The notes: a model not told the origin generated them from the sequence alone. Positions 27,098-40,682 are shown, counted from the first letter of the stretch. The stretch is DNA of 64,000 bases from Octopus sinensis (GCF_006345805.1 NC_043010.1:39742001-39806000), one strand, 5' to 3'. A program made the numbers and translations.

Positions 27098-27301
27098 CCG
27101 CAGGAGTGGCTGTGTGGTAAATAGCTTGCTTACCAACCACATGGTTATGCGTTCCTTCTCACTGGTCGCACCTTTGGCAAATGTCTTCTACTATAGCCTC
27201 GGGCCAACCAAAACCTTGTGAGTGGATTTGGTAGTGGGACTGAACGCAGATCCATATTGTTGAAACGCAAGCCTTATACCGCAAAACCATGCCTGCGCCT
27301 A
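27098..27301. mobile_element. Two SINE-A heads fused in inverted orientation
   Basis: Plus head cgcaggagtggctgtgtggtaa...gtggatttggta (to about 27233) joined to a diverged minus head gtgggactgaac...cctgcgcct. Confidence 0.75.
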
Positions 27302-27470
27302 CATATGTATTTTACATATCAAATGCAAATAAGTTTATTTGCATCACTATCTCCATATCAGCTGACCTCTAATCTTCTTATAACCATGCTTTCCCCCTCG
27401 ATAAAGGCTTCGAAATGAAAACTCAAATCATGTGAGCACTACTACGTGTCATGTTTCCATCTCTTGATAT

Positions 27471-27514
<44 letters not shown>

Positions 27515-28311
27515 GACAGACATGTAAATATAGTTAGACATAAACCAAGCCACAACACCGGAGCTTGCTTTTCTATAGTGGCATACATATTTAGTATGGT
27601 AGACAGATTTATTTTAATGCTGAGTCACTTGCGATCTGAAAGCCACCCACCAAGTACTCCGCAATATCAGTAAATGAGATGGCAGAAACGCTTCTAATAT
27701 CCCCCTGCGTTGCCGCTGTGACGATCTTTATTTCTCTTTCGTAGATATTGTACTTTAAATAAAACATGTCAACGAATAGTTACTCTCTCAGACAAAATCC
27801 ACATGAGTATGCTTTTCTTGGTGTATATATATATAAAACACAAACACGCATTTATTGAGTGATGGTTAGATCGATAGATAGATAGATAAGTGATAGATAA
27901 ATAGATTGATAATGCAGCCAATAAAATACAGCAAAAAGATTGCAACCAGGGGGACGACGATAGATATTCTTAGAAAAAGATCGGTTGACACGATATAGAT
28001 GAGATGATACGAGAAAAGGTAGTTGTTTTGTGCATCGCTTTTACATCGCTTTCAAGGAGATAAAATTATTATTTACATATATAGGTTTATGAATGTTTAT
28101 ATGGACAATCACATACTCAGGCAAACACGCATACGCGCGTATATATGCACACAACTGCATGCATTGCTATATATATATAAACTCGTGTATGTATATGTAT
28201 ATTGTCAACATATACAGGATTGTAAAAATGGCGCCGTGTAAAAAAGAACATTCGCACCGAAAGCATATATATATATATATATATACATAAGCATGTATGT
28301 ATGTACATAAG

Positions 28312-28353
<42 letters not shown>

Positions 28354-28429
28354 CACACACATATATGTCTATGTATATATATATGCATATATATATACTT
28401 ACACCTACACGCACATACAAACACTCACA

Positions 28430-28474
<45 letters not shown>

Positions 28475-28799
28475 CATATATACAGAAACGGAAATGCATC
28501 TTTGTTATGTATATATATGCATGTTACATGCAAGTATATACATGTGTGTGTATGTCTGTATGGTTTTTGTAAAACAATATAGCGTTATTGATTTGGTTAT
28601 AAATTGGGATCTATTAAATGTATGTCGTATGGCATTACGAGAATATCATATCACAAATCAAACATTCGCCAGGGGACGGCCATTTTGCCATAACATTGTT
28701 TAATGTTAACATTGCTTGTCTAGAAATATAAATAACAGGAGCATCGAAAAAAACTAATCATGAATATAGGAATAGATTCAAACATTGCAATTATCACGA

Positions 28800-28842
<43 letters not shown>

Positions 28843-29134
28843 CCGAATAGCCGAAGTAACGACGGCAGCAGCAACAACAACAGCATCCAAAAATATTTAT
28901 CATCACTAATATTACCGTAGCAAATTTTGTCACGAGGCCAACTGATATTAAAGGGAAGATATCATAGGGAACATTACATGACAGGTAATAAAATATTATT
29001 GTCCCGGTACGAATAAAATGCAAATTTGGCCTCGGCGGTATTTAAAACCCGGAGAACCATCAGCGTGAAAAAATGCGGTTAACCACTTTTGTTTGTCCGA
29101 CGTGCTAACGATTTTGACAGTAGTTATAGAATTT

Positions 29135-29137
29135 ATT

Positions 29138-29195
<58 letters not shown>

Positions 29196-29371
29196 TTATT
29201 GTTGTTGTTATTATTATTATTATTATTATATTATTATTATTATTATTATTATTATTGTTCAGTTCTATATTTAATAGATGAGGAATTATGTACATAATTT
29301 ACATTATTTACATTATTTACATTCTACGGATATTTGTCCTCATCTTGTTTGTTGTTAACACACCAACAACA

Positions 29372-29417
<46 letters not shown>

Positions 29418-29533
29418 GAAGAGAAGAAGAAGAAGAAGAAGAAGAAGAAGAAAAAGAAAAAAAGAAGAATAACAACAACGACAACAATAATAATGATGAT
29501 GATGATGATGATGATGAGGAGGAGGAGGAGGAT
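29135..29533. repeat. (ATT)n and compound (AAT)n(GAA)n(AAC)n(GAT)n(GAG)n microsatellites
   Basis: Visible tandem repeats. Confidence 0.95.
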
Positions 29534-29680
29534 GTGGCCAGATATGTCCACTGACTGTTGTGGCGTAAAGCAAATCCCGAGAGAACCGAACAATGGTATG
29601 AACAAAAATCAGAGTGCGTAATGGAATATGATTTCAAAATACTCTGGGATTTTAACATGCAGTGTGAGCAAATCATAGTG
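29534..29680 (+). pseudogene. R4/Dong-like RLE non-LTR fragment
   Basis: VARYVH*LLWRKANPERTEQWYEQKSECVMEYDFKILWDFNMQCEQII matches the VA..VHW...WY...PE.V.E....KILWDF motif also seen at 57.8-58.0 kb. Confidence 0.8.
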
Positions 29681-29861
29681 TCACTTTGGTGTCATGCACT
29701 GCTCTCTCACCCAATAATAATTATAGCAATAAACTCGCGCGAAGTCGCAGTACTTAGGTATGGCGCTAGAATGCTAAAGTGGGCAGAGGAAGTGCTAAAG
29801 GAGGTGGACAGGAAGTCAAAAAATGCATTCTGTGACAATGACAAATAATAATGCTAATAAT

Positions 29862-30330
29862 AGTTTCAAAGTTTGGCACAAGGCCAGCAAATTTAAAGGA
29901 GAGGTAAATCTATTACATCGACCCCGGTGCCCAGTTGGTACTTATTTTATGGACCTCGAAATACACGAAAGACAATATTGAGGTAGGTGGGATTTATAAC
30001 TCATAGTGTACGACAGAAGGAATGGCGCTAACTGTTTGTCCCGCGTGATAACGATTCTATCAGCTCGCCTGATCGTAATAATTTGTAGAAACCGAGCTGG
30101 CAATTGCATCAGTGCACACAGCAATACTTATTTTATTGGCCCCGAAAGAATGAAAGCCAAAGTGGATATTCGCAATACTCTTTTATTGTTTTAATTCTTT
30201 GAACCCTAAGTCTTTGGCCATGCTGGAACACCACCAGTGTATGAATTCAGAAAATAAATCACCGGAAGAAATGCCGCTAAGTAATTTATTGGACGTGTTA
30301 ACGATTCCACCAGCTCGCCACTTTGATCAT
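29862..30330 (-). mobile_element. Several diverged SINE-B fragments
   Basis: ggcacaaggcc...atcgaccccggtg...ggtacttatttta; ccccgaaagaatgaaagccaaagt; head remnant ccgctaag...ccagctcgcc. Confidence 0.65.
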
Positions 30331-30699
30331 AACAATAAGAACAATAAATAGTGAAAACAACGTCCACAAGTCCAGCAGTAACAATTAACACTGAATTTTA
30401 GTGTTGCTAAGGAAGACCATAGTCTGTTAATGGAGTTCACACACAAACACAAAGGTATACCGGCAGATGGAAAGGAAACAAATTAATGTTTTTACAAAAC
30501 CAAAACAGGCAGACTGCTGATTAAAACCACACACGGTGTCTGCACATAATTTCTTGAACAATATTCCCGCCTGGTTTTTAGTAAGAAACCTAAATCAAAC
30601 ATGTTTGAGGGACACTTCGAGCACCAGAAGTCCGGATCACCCACAGCTACCTCAACAGCAACAACAATAACGTCAGCAGTAAGAACAATAATAATGGCT

Positions 30700-30912
30700 T
30701 TACATTTTAGCACAAGGCGAACAGTTCAAAGGGAGAGGTAACTCGATAAGAACGACCCCAGTAATCAACTGTCACTTATGTTATCGACCCCGAAAGGATG
30801 AAAGCCAAAGTCGTCATCAACGGAATTCAAACTTAGAACATAAAGACAGATGGAATGCCGCTAAGCATTTTGCCCGGCACGGGGACGATTTGGGCCATCT
30901 AACCGGCTTAAT
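30700..30912 (-). mobile_element. SINE group B, short-tail variant
   Basis: atcgaccccgaaaggatgaaagccaaagtcg...ccgctaagcattttgcccggc. Confidence 0.85.
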
Positions 30913-31159
30913 AAGAGATACAGTCTTACGCTCATATAGTATATATTCACATGCGTACACATATATACACGTGTACATACATACAAATTTAATATATATT
31001 TATCTATACATATACTCACACGCATATAGAATCACAAAATTGAAAAGTGAAAATATATATATAAATATATATAAACTAATAAATAGTGTTACGAAATATG
31101 GAAGGCTTGTACAGGGATATAATTAAAAAAGCAGGTGCTACTCGTGATTTTGTGGGGTC

Positions 31160-31865
31160 CAAAACCGTAAGAAGTATTTTGACATATGTCGACATGTTCC
31201 AAAAAGTTCACTTCTTGAATTTAGCGGCATCTAAGGAACTTTTTCAGAAGAGCCATCTTTCCATATCTCAAAGACAGCACTTCCCACTGCCGTTGGTATA
31301 AGGTTTACACTTTGCCAAGATCTTCCAGTGAGTTTTATAGCTGACACCTTGTTCCTTTAAGAAACACACATAACTGGATAATTTGGTCGTTTTTCTTTTA
31401 TCCCAGTGTCCTGAAGCTTAAGATCTGATTATTGAAATTAGCTTTAACGTTTTCCTCTGTCATACCCACATATTTCTTTGACGAAACTGTGTCCGTAACG
31501 GTCGTAGAATAATCTATGGTGACTTCATGATTAATGGTCTTGGTCATATGGGCACCAGTTAACAAGCACAAATCTTTATCTCTGCAGGAACAGCGGTTCG
31601 TGTTGTTGTTTTTTATGTGGTTGAACTAAAACTAATTTTTAGGTCATGCTTATTCAAGTGTTTCCTATATTTATCATTATTTGGAAAGTGCCTATCTGTA
31701 AGTGACTATAAATATTTACCTATCTTAAAACTCCCTTCAGGGGAGTAAGTGGGTTTGAACCAAATAATTTTTCCCGTGTCTGTTTTCTTTTTTTTACTTC
31801 TCGACTAATAACAGGTGTATAAGTTATTTCCTCTTTAAACTCATTATTTTTAAGAGTTTTGTTAT
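31160..31865 (-). pseudogene. Penelope-like element 3' part: linker plus GIY-YIG endonuclease
   Basis: LKNNEFKEEITY; KIIWFKPTYS...DRHFPNNDKYRKHLNKHDLKISFS; CSCRDKDLC...KKYVGMTEE...FNNQILSFR...TKLSSYV...WKILAKCKPYTNGSGKCCL; LNSRSELFGTCRH; stops and frameshifts throughout. Confidence 0.92.
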
Positions 31866-31876
31866 ATACATATACA

Positions 31877-32180
<304 letters not shown>

Positions 32181-32439
32181 TATTTTTGATAAATGAGTGA
32201 TCACAATACGATTCCGAGAATCGAACAAACGACATTACGATCGTGATCGGATAATCTTAACCACTAACCTACATCACCATACTTCTGTAATTATACACCT
32301 CTCCACACATTCACACACACCACACTCGTTCGTTCTTACCCTTCCCCACCATATTAGGACTTCTTTTCCACCTAACACCTAACCACTTGCCCGTTTTTCT
32401 TTTCTCCTCTAAGACGTTTTCCTCATTCAGACTCTTCCA

Positions 32440-32610
32440 TTCCTTTTCTTCTACCTTTTTCTTCTGTTGGACTACTGTCCGAAACGTTAAGATTAATTTA
32501 TGCCTCTTCCTTTGACGTGTTAAACGAATCAAATATTTGGTAACACGCTTCCCTTCAGTTCTGCCTTTTTTCATCTTGTTTTTGGTTATTTCATTCAAGA
32601 TGCATACACG
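32440..32610 (+). mobile_element. PLE-type terminal remnant with a core-deleted hammerhead-like motif
   Basis: CTT-CTGTT-GGAC-TACT-GTCC-GAAAC-GTT-AAG: stem I CTT/AAG, stem II GGAC/GTCC, shortened core. Confidence 0.45.
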
Positions 32611-34022
32611 GACACATATACACATACGATCATACATACATGCACACACACACACGCGCATACAGAGATCTGCGAAAATTACCTCAGAACAACTAGTCTC
32701 ACCTGAGAAAATGTATTAATGAAAGAAACTCGAATATGAACAACCATACATATGGTAGTTGTGTCGGAGTATAATAAAGCAAGCCGCTACTTTGTAAAAT
32801 ATTTTTTAAAGAAACAAAAACAGATATAGAGAAATATATATAAAACTGATGCCAAAAATCATAAAGACATTTTGTTTTTATCATCAAAGTAGAAAGAGCG
32901 TGATCTAAAATGATAAAAGCAACAAAAGCACCCACATAATCAGAAAACAGAATATCATTAAAGACAATCAAGTGATAAAAGAATCAGAAAGAATATCAGA
33001 CGCGAGTGAATTTATTTAATATTGTAACTAAGTGAATATGATACCATCTCTCTCATCCTCAACTTTGAGGCAAGTAAATTGAATCATTTCTTTCATCAGT
33101 GAATCAGTGGAATATTTCTTTTATGTATTTCAATGTTTTCTGTATGCTTTTAATCATCGATAATTTCAAGTAATGACACAGAATATTCAAAATACTTCCG
33201 CTATAATATATTGTAAACACTTACAAGAAGCTTTTTCTTTGATCTACAGCATGACAAAATTTTTAATTTCTACTCACCCAACTAAAGAAATCCACTTTAT
33301 TTGGATCGTATACATCCACACATACATACAAACAAAACAACAAAATGACATCTCGTTATATGTACATATGTAGGTATGTATGCGTATATATTCATGTATG
33401 TTCTAAACTTGAGAGTGTCAGAATCCGCATTGAGGTCTCTTCACTAAGAAATTAAACATATTTTCCCTTAATGGAATATATCTCTCGCGTCTCATACTGT
33501 GTAAATAATTATAAAGTTTTAAAAGAGGCTGATACTATATATACTAAAAGAGGGCGATATTGAATTATAATTTTAGAAAAGGTTGATATTACACTATCAT
33601 TGTAGATTTTGATGTATTATATTTCTAGAAGAGGTCCATTTTATATTATATTTTTAGAAAAAAAGTTGATATTGCGATTTAATTGCACTAAAACACAATG
33701 TAGTGGTTTCGTTGTCAGGATTGTTCGGTGTGTAATTTCGGCAGAACACGAAGAATCGTTTACTACACGCATACACACATACACACACATACACACACAC
33801 ACACATACACACATTCACACACATATACACGAACACACACACACACATACATATATACAAAGATACACTCACTCGAGATATATACTATTTCTTAAGGGTA
33901 TAGTAAAGAAAACGGTTCAGAGTACTCTAGTTGCTGCATGTCTGAAAGGACGCTTAAATATGTTGCATTCAAGCTACAGGGTGATGCAATATATCTCACA
34001 GATTCACAAATAATTTTATATA

Positions 34023-35160
34023 TAGGAGGTATAGTTAAAAGTATCCGACCTTTGGATTAAAAAACTCACCATTATGATTTCATCTCCTTCAAAATATTCG
34101 CCATCAGTGTCTACACACTTCTACCAGCATTTCTGCCACTGCTGGAAATATTTCTGGAAATCACTTTTTAAGATGCTGTAGAGCTGTGCCGTCAAATTTT
34201 CCTTAGTGTCCACTTTTGACTCACATCTTTTCCCTTTGAGTGTTTTTTTTTTGTTTTGAGAATAGCCATAAGACAAACGGAGAGAAGTATGAGGAGTACA
34301 AAGGCTGACGACGAAGTGGTACGTTTTCCTTAAGGAGGAATACTTTGGCGAGATGGGCGGAATGAAATGACTGATCTGACACATGACTGATTCCAACTTC
34401 GGCAACATTCTTCTCAATAGTCACACGACTGTCTTCATAGACTATTCCTTGAACATTTGCAATCATTTCGGCGTTTGTCCCAATCAACCGCAGGCAACAT
34501 TTCTACATTTAAGAGCCTGGCAGGGCCGCCACCCAGGCCCCGACGGATAGTGTCTTCTATCCACTCGGCATCTATACCTGGTGGCTGCCCACACACCCAG
34601 GCTCTTGTCAACTTTCTACTGCCATAAGTAGGGAGAAACAAAATCTTCTCCCCTCCAGATGCATGCTCGCAAAATCACGAGCTTTCGCAGGGGTGTCAAA
34701 AGTACACACACAGTTCCATACTTCACACCCCTGCGGATAAACCTAACAGTTGTCAGACAGTCTGCCAACACCTCCTGGATTTCTTCCTCCGATAATGCCT
34801 TGTTGGGGTCAGGGACCCTGGAATAGGTCCTTAATGGTCTGCCACAACGTTGTTCACTGTCCACTGAGGTGCGGCCATCTTAGAACCAGTTGTACTACTT
34901 TTTTATTTGTGTTTTTTCCCATATCATCGTATCCAGTGGTCTTCTGAATCTTCCCGATGGTATGGGCTTGCCTATCACCAAGTTGTTGGCAGAATTTGAT
35001 ACAGTATCTTTGCTCAATGCGCTCGGTCATCTTAAATCAAAACGAAACATCGCATAGCACACTATTCTGTACTAAACGCGTCACTGTGGGCGAATGGCGA
35101 AACCTACAAACACAAAATCTTTTGTGCATGGTCAGGAAGGACGTGACCAACTAATACCCA
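34023..35160 (-). pseudogene. Mariner relic, internally deleted and interrupted by a foreign insert
   Basis: N-terminus MTERIEQRYCIKFCQQLGD...DGRTSVDSEQRCGRP, resuming TNAEMIANVQGIVYEDSRVTI; C-terminal KKTLKGKRCES...FQQWQKCW*KCVDTDGEYFEGD; DDD core mostly absent. Confidence 0.9.
34483..34835 (-). mobile_element. GC-richer insert with ORF1/gag-like coding remnant, origin uncertain
   Basis: LSEEEIQEVLADCLTTVRFIRRGVKYGTV and FLPTYGSRKLTRAWVCGQPPGIDAEWIEDTIRRGL in two frames; unrelated to mariner; the LINE ORF1 assignment is inference. Confidence 0.5.
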
Positions 35161-35798
35161 TATGAATTTTGCTCACGGGTTATCATTTTGCGCAAATAAA
35201 AACCAAGATTGTATACATTTTGACTACATTTCGTATATTTAATATTAAATACACGTGCAAACCAGCTTAAACCGTGATGGTAACTGAGAAGAGAAAATGG
35301 TGAGATACTCGTTACATGGAGACAAACTTCTCTCGAACTTCCTTAACAGCAGAGTACTGCAGGAAAATATAGGCGTTCGCATTTTTTCATTCTCTGTTGC
35401 AATTATAATAATAGACGGTCGGGGGTATTAGCTAACGCTGTATAATGTACTAACATTACGTGACTTATATTATCAATTTGAGTCAATACAATTCGGTGCA
35501 ATTTTATCAAACGGGAAAAAGATAATTCAAACATACAACATTAGAAAGTTATGGTGTATTCGCCGCAGGCTACACCCACGACGCACTCAGAAAATACGCT
35601 TATATATGTATGTACAAACATATATAGGGATGCATTTATGTGAGTATATATATATATTATATATATATATATATATTATATATATATATATATACATATG
35701 TGTATATATATATACATATCTATATTGTATATATATATATGCTATATATATATATATATACATATACAATCATACATACACATACGCATATATACATA

Positions 35799-35873
<75 letters not shown>

Positions 35874-36599
35874 TGTGTGTATACATATATATGTTTATAT
35901 AGCTATTGCAGCCCCACATGCATGTGTGTGGATGTGCACGTGGACCTTAATGACCCATTCATCTCTAAATAATAAATTTTACTCCTGATATCTCCAGAGT
36001 GCCACTATCAATAAATGAATTGTTGTTTTCTCTAAAATTTTGATCGGCCATTACCAAATAATATTTACACATACATCCGCTTTCCCACACACATACACAC
36101 AGGCACACACACATACACACAGACACACACACATACACACAGACACACACACTCACATATATGCGTGCATTCAAGTTTATCATCGCGTAAGTACAGTGTT
36201 ATAGTTTAGCCCTTAGTAATGACCTCACTATCTGAAGTTTACAAACTCTTAAATATATTATTCATTCCATATAAGAAAAAAAGAGATGCACAGCTTATAG
36301 TCCACAGAAAGTAGATAAAATATAATTGACTAAATCCCTGGAAGTCAACCACGAATTCAAAGAAAAGACAAGACTGTAAGGCAAATGGAAGATATGAATA
36401 AAACGAAGCTTATATGCATAAATGAGGCAGCGTCTAGGGACATCGTTTTAACCTCTGCACTTGGCCATTAAAAAATTTCTGAATGTGACACCAATGGTTA
36501 TAAATGCTACAAGCAAGTTATAAGGATTATATTTTTATGTTCATATATACACAATTTAATCATTTACGAGAGACGGAGATCGACGGTACATACTGAGGT

Positions 36600-36755
36600 T
36601 TAATCTTTTACTCGTTTCAGTTATTAGACTCCGGCCATGAAGAATATTTAGTCGACTGAATCTACCCCACTATTTGTTTACAATTAAAGCTTGGTACTTA
36701 TTTCTATTGGCCTATTTTGCCAAACCGCTAAGTTACTGGAAAGACAACAAACACA
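36600..36755 (-). mobile_element. SINE group A tail half, diverged
   Basis: tcttttactcgtttcagtt...ggtacttatt...ccaaaccgctaagttac. Confidence 0.8.
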
Positions 36756-36977
36756 TACACACATGCACATATACGCACATACACATTCGCTCACGCATAC
36801 ACACCCCACACAAACATACAAACATATACACACACATTCATATATATGGATTGTGTTGCAGATTAATTGAGACCAAATTTAAATAATTCGTTTTATGACG
36901 AAACCTCGCTTGCTCGAAAATCAAATACCCCCTCTTTATTTATCAGGTAAATAACGAATTGATTGAAGAACAAAGTC

Positions 36978-37915
36978 ATGTAACAACCGAATCGTTCCGC
37001 GATTGTTTTGGCGAGCGCCGGGCACACTGGCAATAAAATTGTAAAGCTAACGAAACTTCCAAATCCAGCAGATTATCGTGTGTATAAACAATTTAAAGAA
37101 GAGGGAAAAGTTGACAGAAATGAACACAGGTGCTATCCAAAGTTTCTGGTTGGTTTCAAACGTTCGATTGAGGCCAACCTGCTCATATCCACCACAATTT
37201 GCAAAGAAATGTAAGGATCCCTTTCCACACTGTCCAGAGTTGTGAACAGGAACCTTGGCAAGACGACGCCTTCTATGTTCAACGAAACCTTCACATTCTA
37301 AAAGCCTAGGCCAAACAATCAGATCCGAGAGATGCCCAAAGCTTCTCTCATTCATCAAGCATCAAGTTGCAGGAAAAAACTATAGTGTTTGTTGACGAGA
37401 GGTTCACTGTTGAGGCTGAGGTGAATCGCAGAAATTCCCCGAGTGATGGCATAAAACCCTTCTGACGCAACTCCCCCACCCGTGTTTGAGACAAACAATC
37501 CTGCCATTGTGATGGTAGTCGGAGCCGTGGCGAATGATGTCAATGTGATGGATTCACACTTTTGATCAGTCTGGCCTGAAGATCGGAACAAAGGACATCT
37601 TGAAGAACTCATTGTTACTTCGGATGGAACTGGAGTTAGAGCTTAACAATGTGGTGCTTATTCAGGATTCTACGCCAAGCCATGGATCAAAAGCAACACA
37701 TGCCTTCATGGTTGAGAAGGTGAGGGCCAATAACTGGCCCAGTAATAGTCGAGATCTCAAACTTCTCGATTACATTTTAGGGGGACTGCTTCAAGCAAGG
37801 ACCAATGCTTGACCACACTCGAGTGTCAAAAGTTTGAAGACTTGCATTGTGCGTGTGACACCCAAACTAAAAATGGCGGAGGTTGCAGCAGCGGCAACAA
37901 ATTTAGTAGAGGATA
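36978..37915 (+). pseudogene. maT-like Tc1/mariner transposase relic
   Basis: ATG at 36978 followed by a stop; IVFVDE, VMVVGAVAND and LIQDSTPSHGSKAT...WPSNSRDLKLLDY across frames; the SPDLNPLDY-type motif places it near DD37D. Confidence 0.85.
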
Positions 37916-38232
37916 GTCACGTAATTGGTCTTAGAAATTTTTGTACGTTCCCCGCTACGTCCGTGTGTTAGTGTCAAGGGACAATGCTTAACGTCGTCAT
38001 TTAAGGCTGTCACGGTTGACTGAACAAGTCTAGTGCTGTTACTAAACAAGAAATCCACTGAATGTTTTTTGTTAAGTGTTTGTAGTGAATGAACACGTGA
38101 TTAAGTTTAGAACCTTCTGTACGTTTTCTGCTACGTCCATGTGTTAGTGTCACTTAACAGTATATTTTACGCTTAAAATGTATCGCTGAACCCCACAAGT
38201 TTTTTTCAATCTTTGTTTGTTTTCTCTTATTC

Positions 38233-38362
38233 CTTTCTGTTGAAGAGCTTAGGTTCGAAACGTTAAAAAAAGCTGTTTTCATTTTTCCGAGCGTCAAACT
38301 AACATATTTGTGTGTTATTCATACAGCTGGCTTCGCCATTATTTGCTTTCTATAAATTTCAA
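38233..38362 (+). mobile_element. PLE-type terminal remnant with a hammerhead-like motif
   Basis: CTTT-CTGTTGA-AGAGC-TTAG-GTTC-GAAAC-GTT-AAA followed by ccgagcgtcaaactaac. Confidence 0.6.
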
Positions 38363-38363
38363 G

Positions 38364-38490
38364 TACTCTTTTTATTTTTTTTAATTGTTTCAGTCATTTG
38401 ACTATGACCATGCTGGAGCAACACCTTTAGTCGAGCAAATCGACCCCAGGACTTATTCTTTGGAAGCCTAGTACTTATTCTATCGGTCTC
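38364..38490 (-). mobile_element. SINE group A tail fragment
   Basis: gtttcagtcatttgact...tttagtcgagcaaatcgaccccaggacttattcttt...tattctatcggtctct. Confidence 0.92.
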
Positions 38491-38514
38491 TATCTGTCTA
38501 TATATACATATATG

Positions 38515-38795
38515 TGGAGGCGCAATGGCCCAGTGGTTAAGGAAGCGGATTCGCGGTCGTAGGATCGCGGTTTCGATTCCCAGACCGGGCGCTGTGAGTG
38601 CTTATTGAAAGAAAATACCTAAGGCTCCACGAGTCTCTGGCAGAGGGTGGTGGCGATCCCTGCTGTACTTTTTCGCCACAACTTTTTCTCATTCTTTCTT
38701 CTGTTGACCTGCTCGCTTAGAAAAAGCGGGACAGCCTCATTTGAAGGCTAAAACAATGCGAAGTGCATTGCCTGGTCGGTCACGGTGATCACGGT
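38515..38795 (+). mobile_element. SINE group C, tail type 2, near full length
   Basis: A-box tggcccagtggtt, B-box gtttcgattcc, shared body, 3' cctggtcggtcacggtgatcac. Confidence 0.92.
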
Positions 38796-39479
38796 TATAT
38801 ATATGGACAGGAGACTGCGAAGATGGTCAGTATGAGGGTATGGAAGTGGTAGCATCTGTGTGGGTCTGTGCCTGTGTGTGGCGGGAGTGTATACGTGCGT
38901 ATGAGTGTGTGAAGGCGTGTGTGAGTGGGTGTAGGTGTGCATCTGTGTGTGTTTGTGTGAGTGTGCGTATTATATCTATGCAGGTGTACACGCACACAAT
39001 CTCACGCACATGCTATCTGCTACCCACACGCTCTCTCCAGATACATGTAACAAGCAGCGCCTTACTTATTTCTGTATATATTCATTGACCACTAGAGAAG
39101 TTGTTCGACTTTTATTCTTCATTAGAAATGTGTATAAGAAATATAATTTCCTTTCTATAATTGTTTTCTAGTCTCGAATCAGTGTCTTTGTTCTTAATAT
39201 TTCAATGATATTTAGGAAAGAAGTTAAGGTTTACTTATACCGTACCTTTTATATTTTCCCCAATACTTCTAGCAGTTATAGACCAGGCGAAGGAACTCCT
39301 CAAAACGTAGAATTTCAGAACGATACAAATCATCAAAGCATTCAGCACTATTTGCAAAACTGCCTTAAAATTAGATATATGTGACTGATTGATCTCCAAA
39401 AAACATCAAACAGCTGTCAGAGTTTGTCTTAAGGTTCCCAAAAATCAATATAGGTGTATGTCATGGAAAGTGTGTTGCA

Positions 39480-39763
39480 GATATTTACGTACGTACGTAC
39501 GTACGTACGTATGTATGTATGTATGTATGTATGTATGTATGTATGTATGTATGTATGTATGTATGTATATGCGTAGGTATATATGTGTGTATGTATATAT
39601 ATATATATGTGTGTGTATGTATGTATGTATGTATGTACGTATATATGAGTGTATGTATATATATATATGTGTGTGTGTATGTATGTATGTATGTGTGTAT
39701 GTATCTATGTATGTATATATGTGAGTATGTATGTATGCGTGTACGTAAGCATTATGTGTATGC

Positions 39764-39799
<36 letters not shown>

Positions 39800-39901
39800 A
39801 CATATACATATATAGATATACATGTGTGTGCTTGCGTGGATATGTATATGTACATCTATGTATTTACCTACATACCTACCTACCTACCTACCTATCTATC
39901 C

Positions 39902-39967
<66 letters not shown>

Positions 39968-39974
39968 ATATCTA

Positions 39975-40015
<41 letters not shown>

Positions 40016-40030
40016 TTATCTATCTATCAA
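39480..40030. repeat. Compound tetranucleotide microsatellite (ACGT/ATGT/ACCT/ATCT/GTCT) with (TA)n
   Basis: Visible successive arrays. Confidence 0.97.
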
Positions 40031-40559
40031 TAAATTTCTAAGTTTAGCTTTGACCTCCCCATTCTTATAAACACCAACTATTTAATTCACATTGTAATTG
40101 TGAGCGCGCTATTCCACACGTGTGCGTATGCTTAAATTTTCGTTGACGCTTTTATGTACGAGCGTGCACGCACCATGAAAACTTGCGCGTGGGCGTTTAT
40201 ACATCCATATCTGTTAAATGTTATCTTTAATACTTTTCTCGCTGTATCGCGTGTTCGTTTCTTTTCTGCATCTTTGATTTTATTTTTGATCTATATAAAT
40301 GAAAATATTGCCTTCACTCTGCTGCTTTTCCATCCTCGAAATGAGAAGATGCATTGCAGAACTGTAATTTTACTGAGTTGTATGTATTTATCACATGACG
40401 ACACACATCTGTACTGAAGCTGTTTTTGAGAGTCAAAACAATTGTCGTGATTAATAATAAAAGATCTTGTACATTCCACCTACCGTCTTCATTTACCATA
40501 TATGATAGATCGCTAGCCACTACACACGTTTTTTTTCTCTCCTTGTTTTTTCTGTGTAC

Positions 40560-40682
40560 CTTTCTGTAGAAGAGCATAGGCTCGAAACGTAAAATATTTT
40601 TTCTATTCCTGAGAGTTATACTAATACATCTGTTTGTTTTGTACACCACCTGTCTTCGTCTTTTGATTTTTTCCTAAACTTT

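Noticed and set aside
38515-38590. SINE heads as functional tRNA genes
   Set aside because: A and B boxes are present, but they run into SINE bodies and lack a complete acceptor stem.
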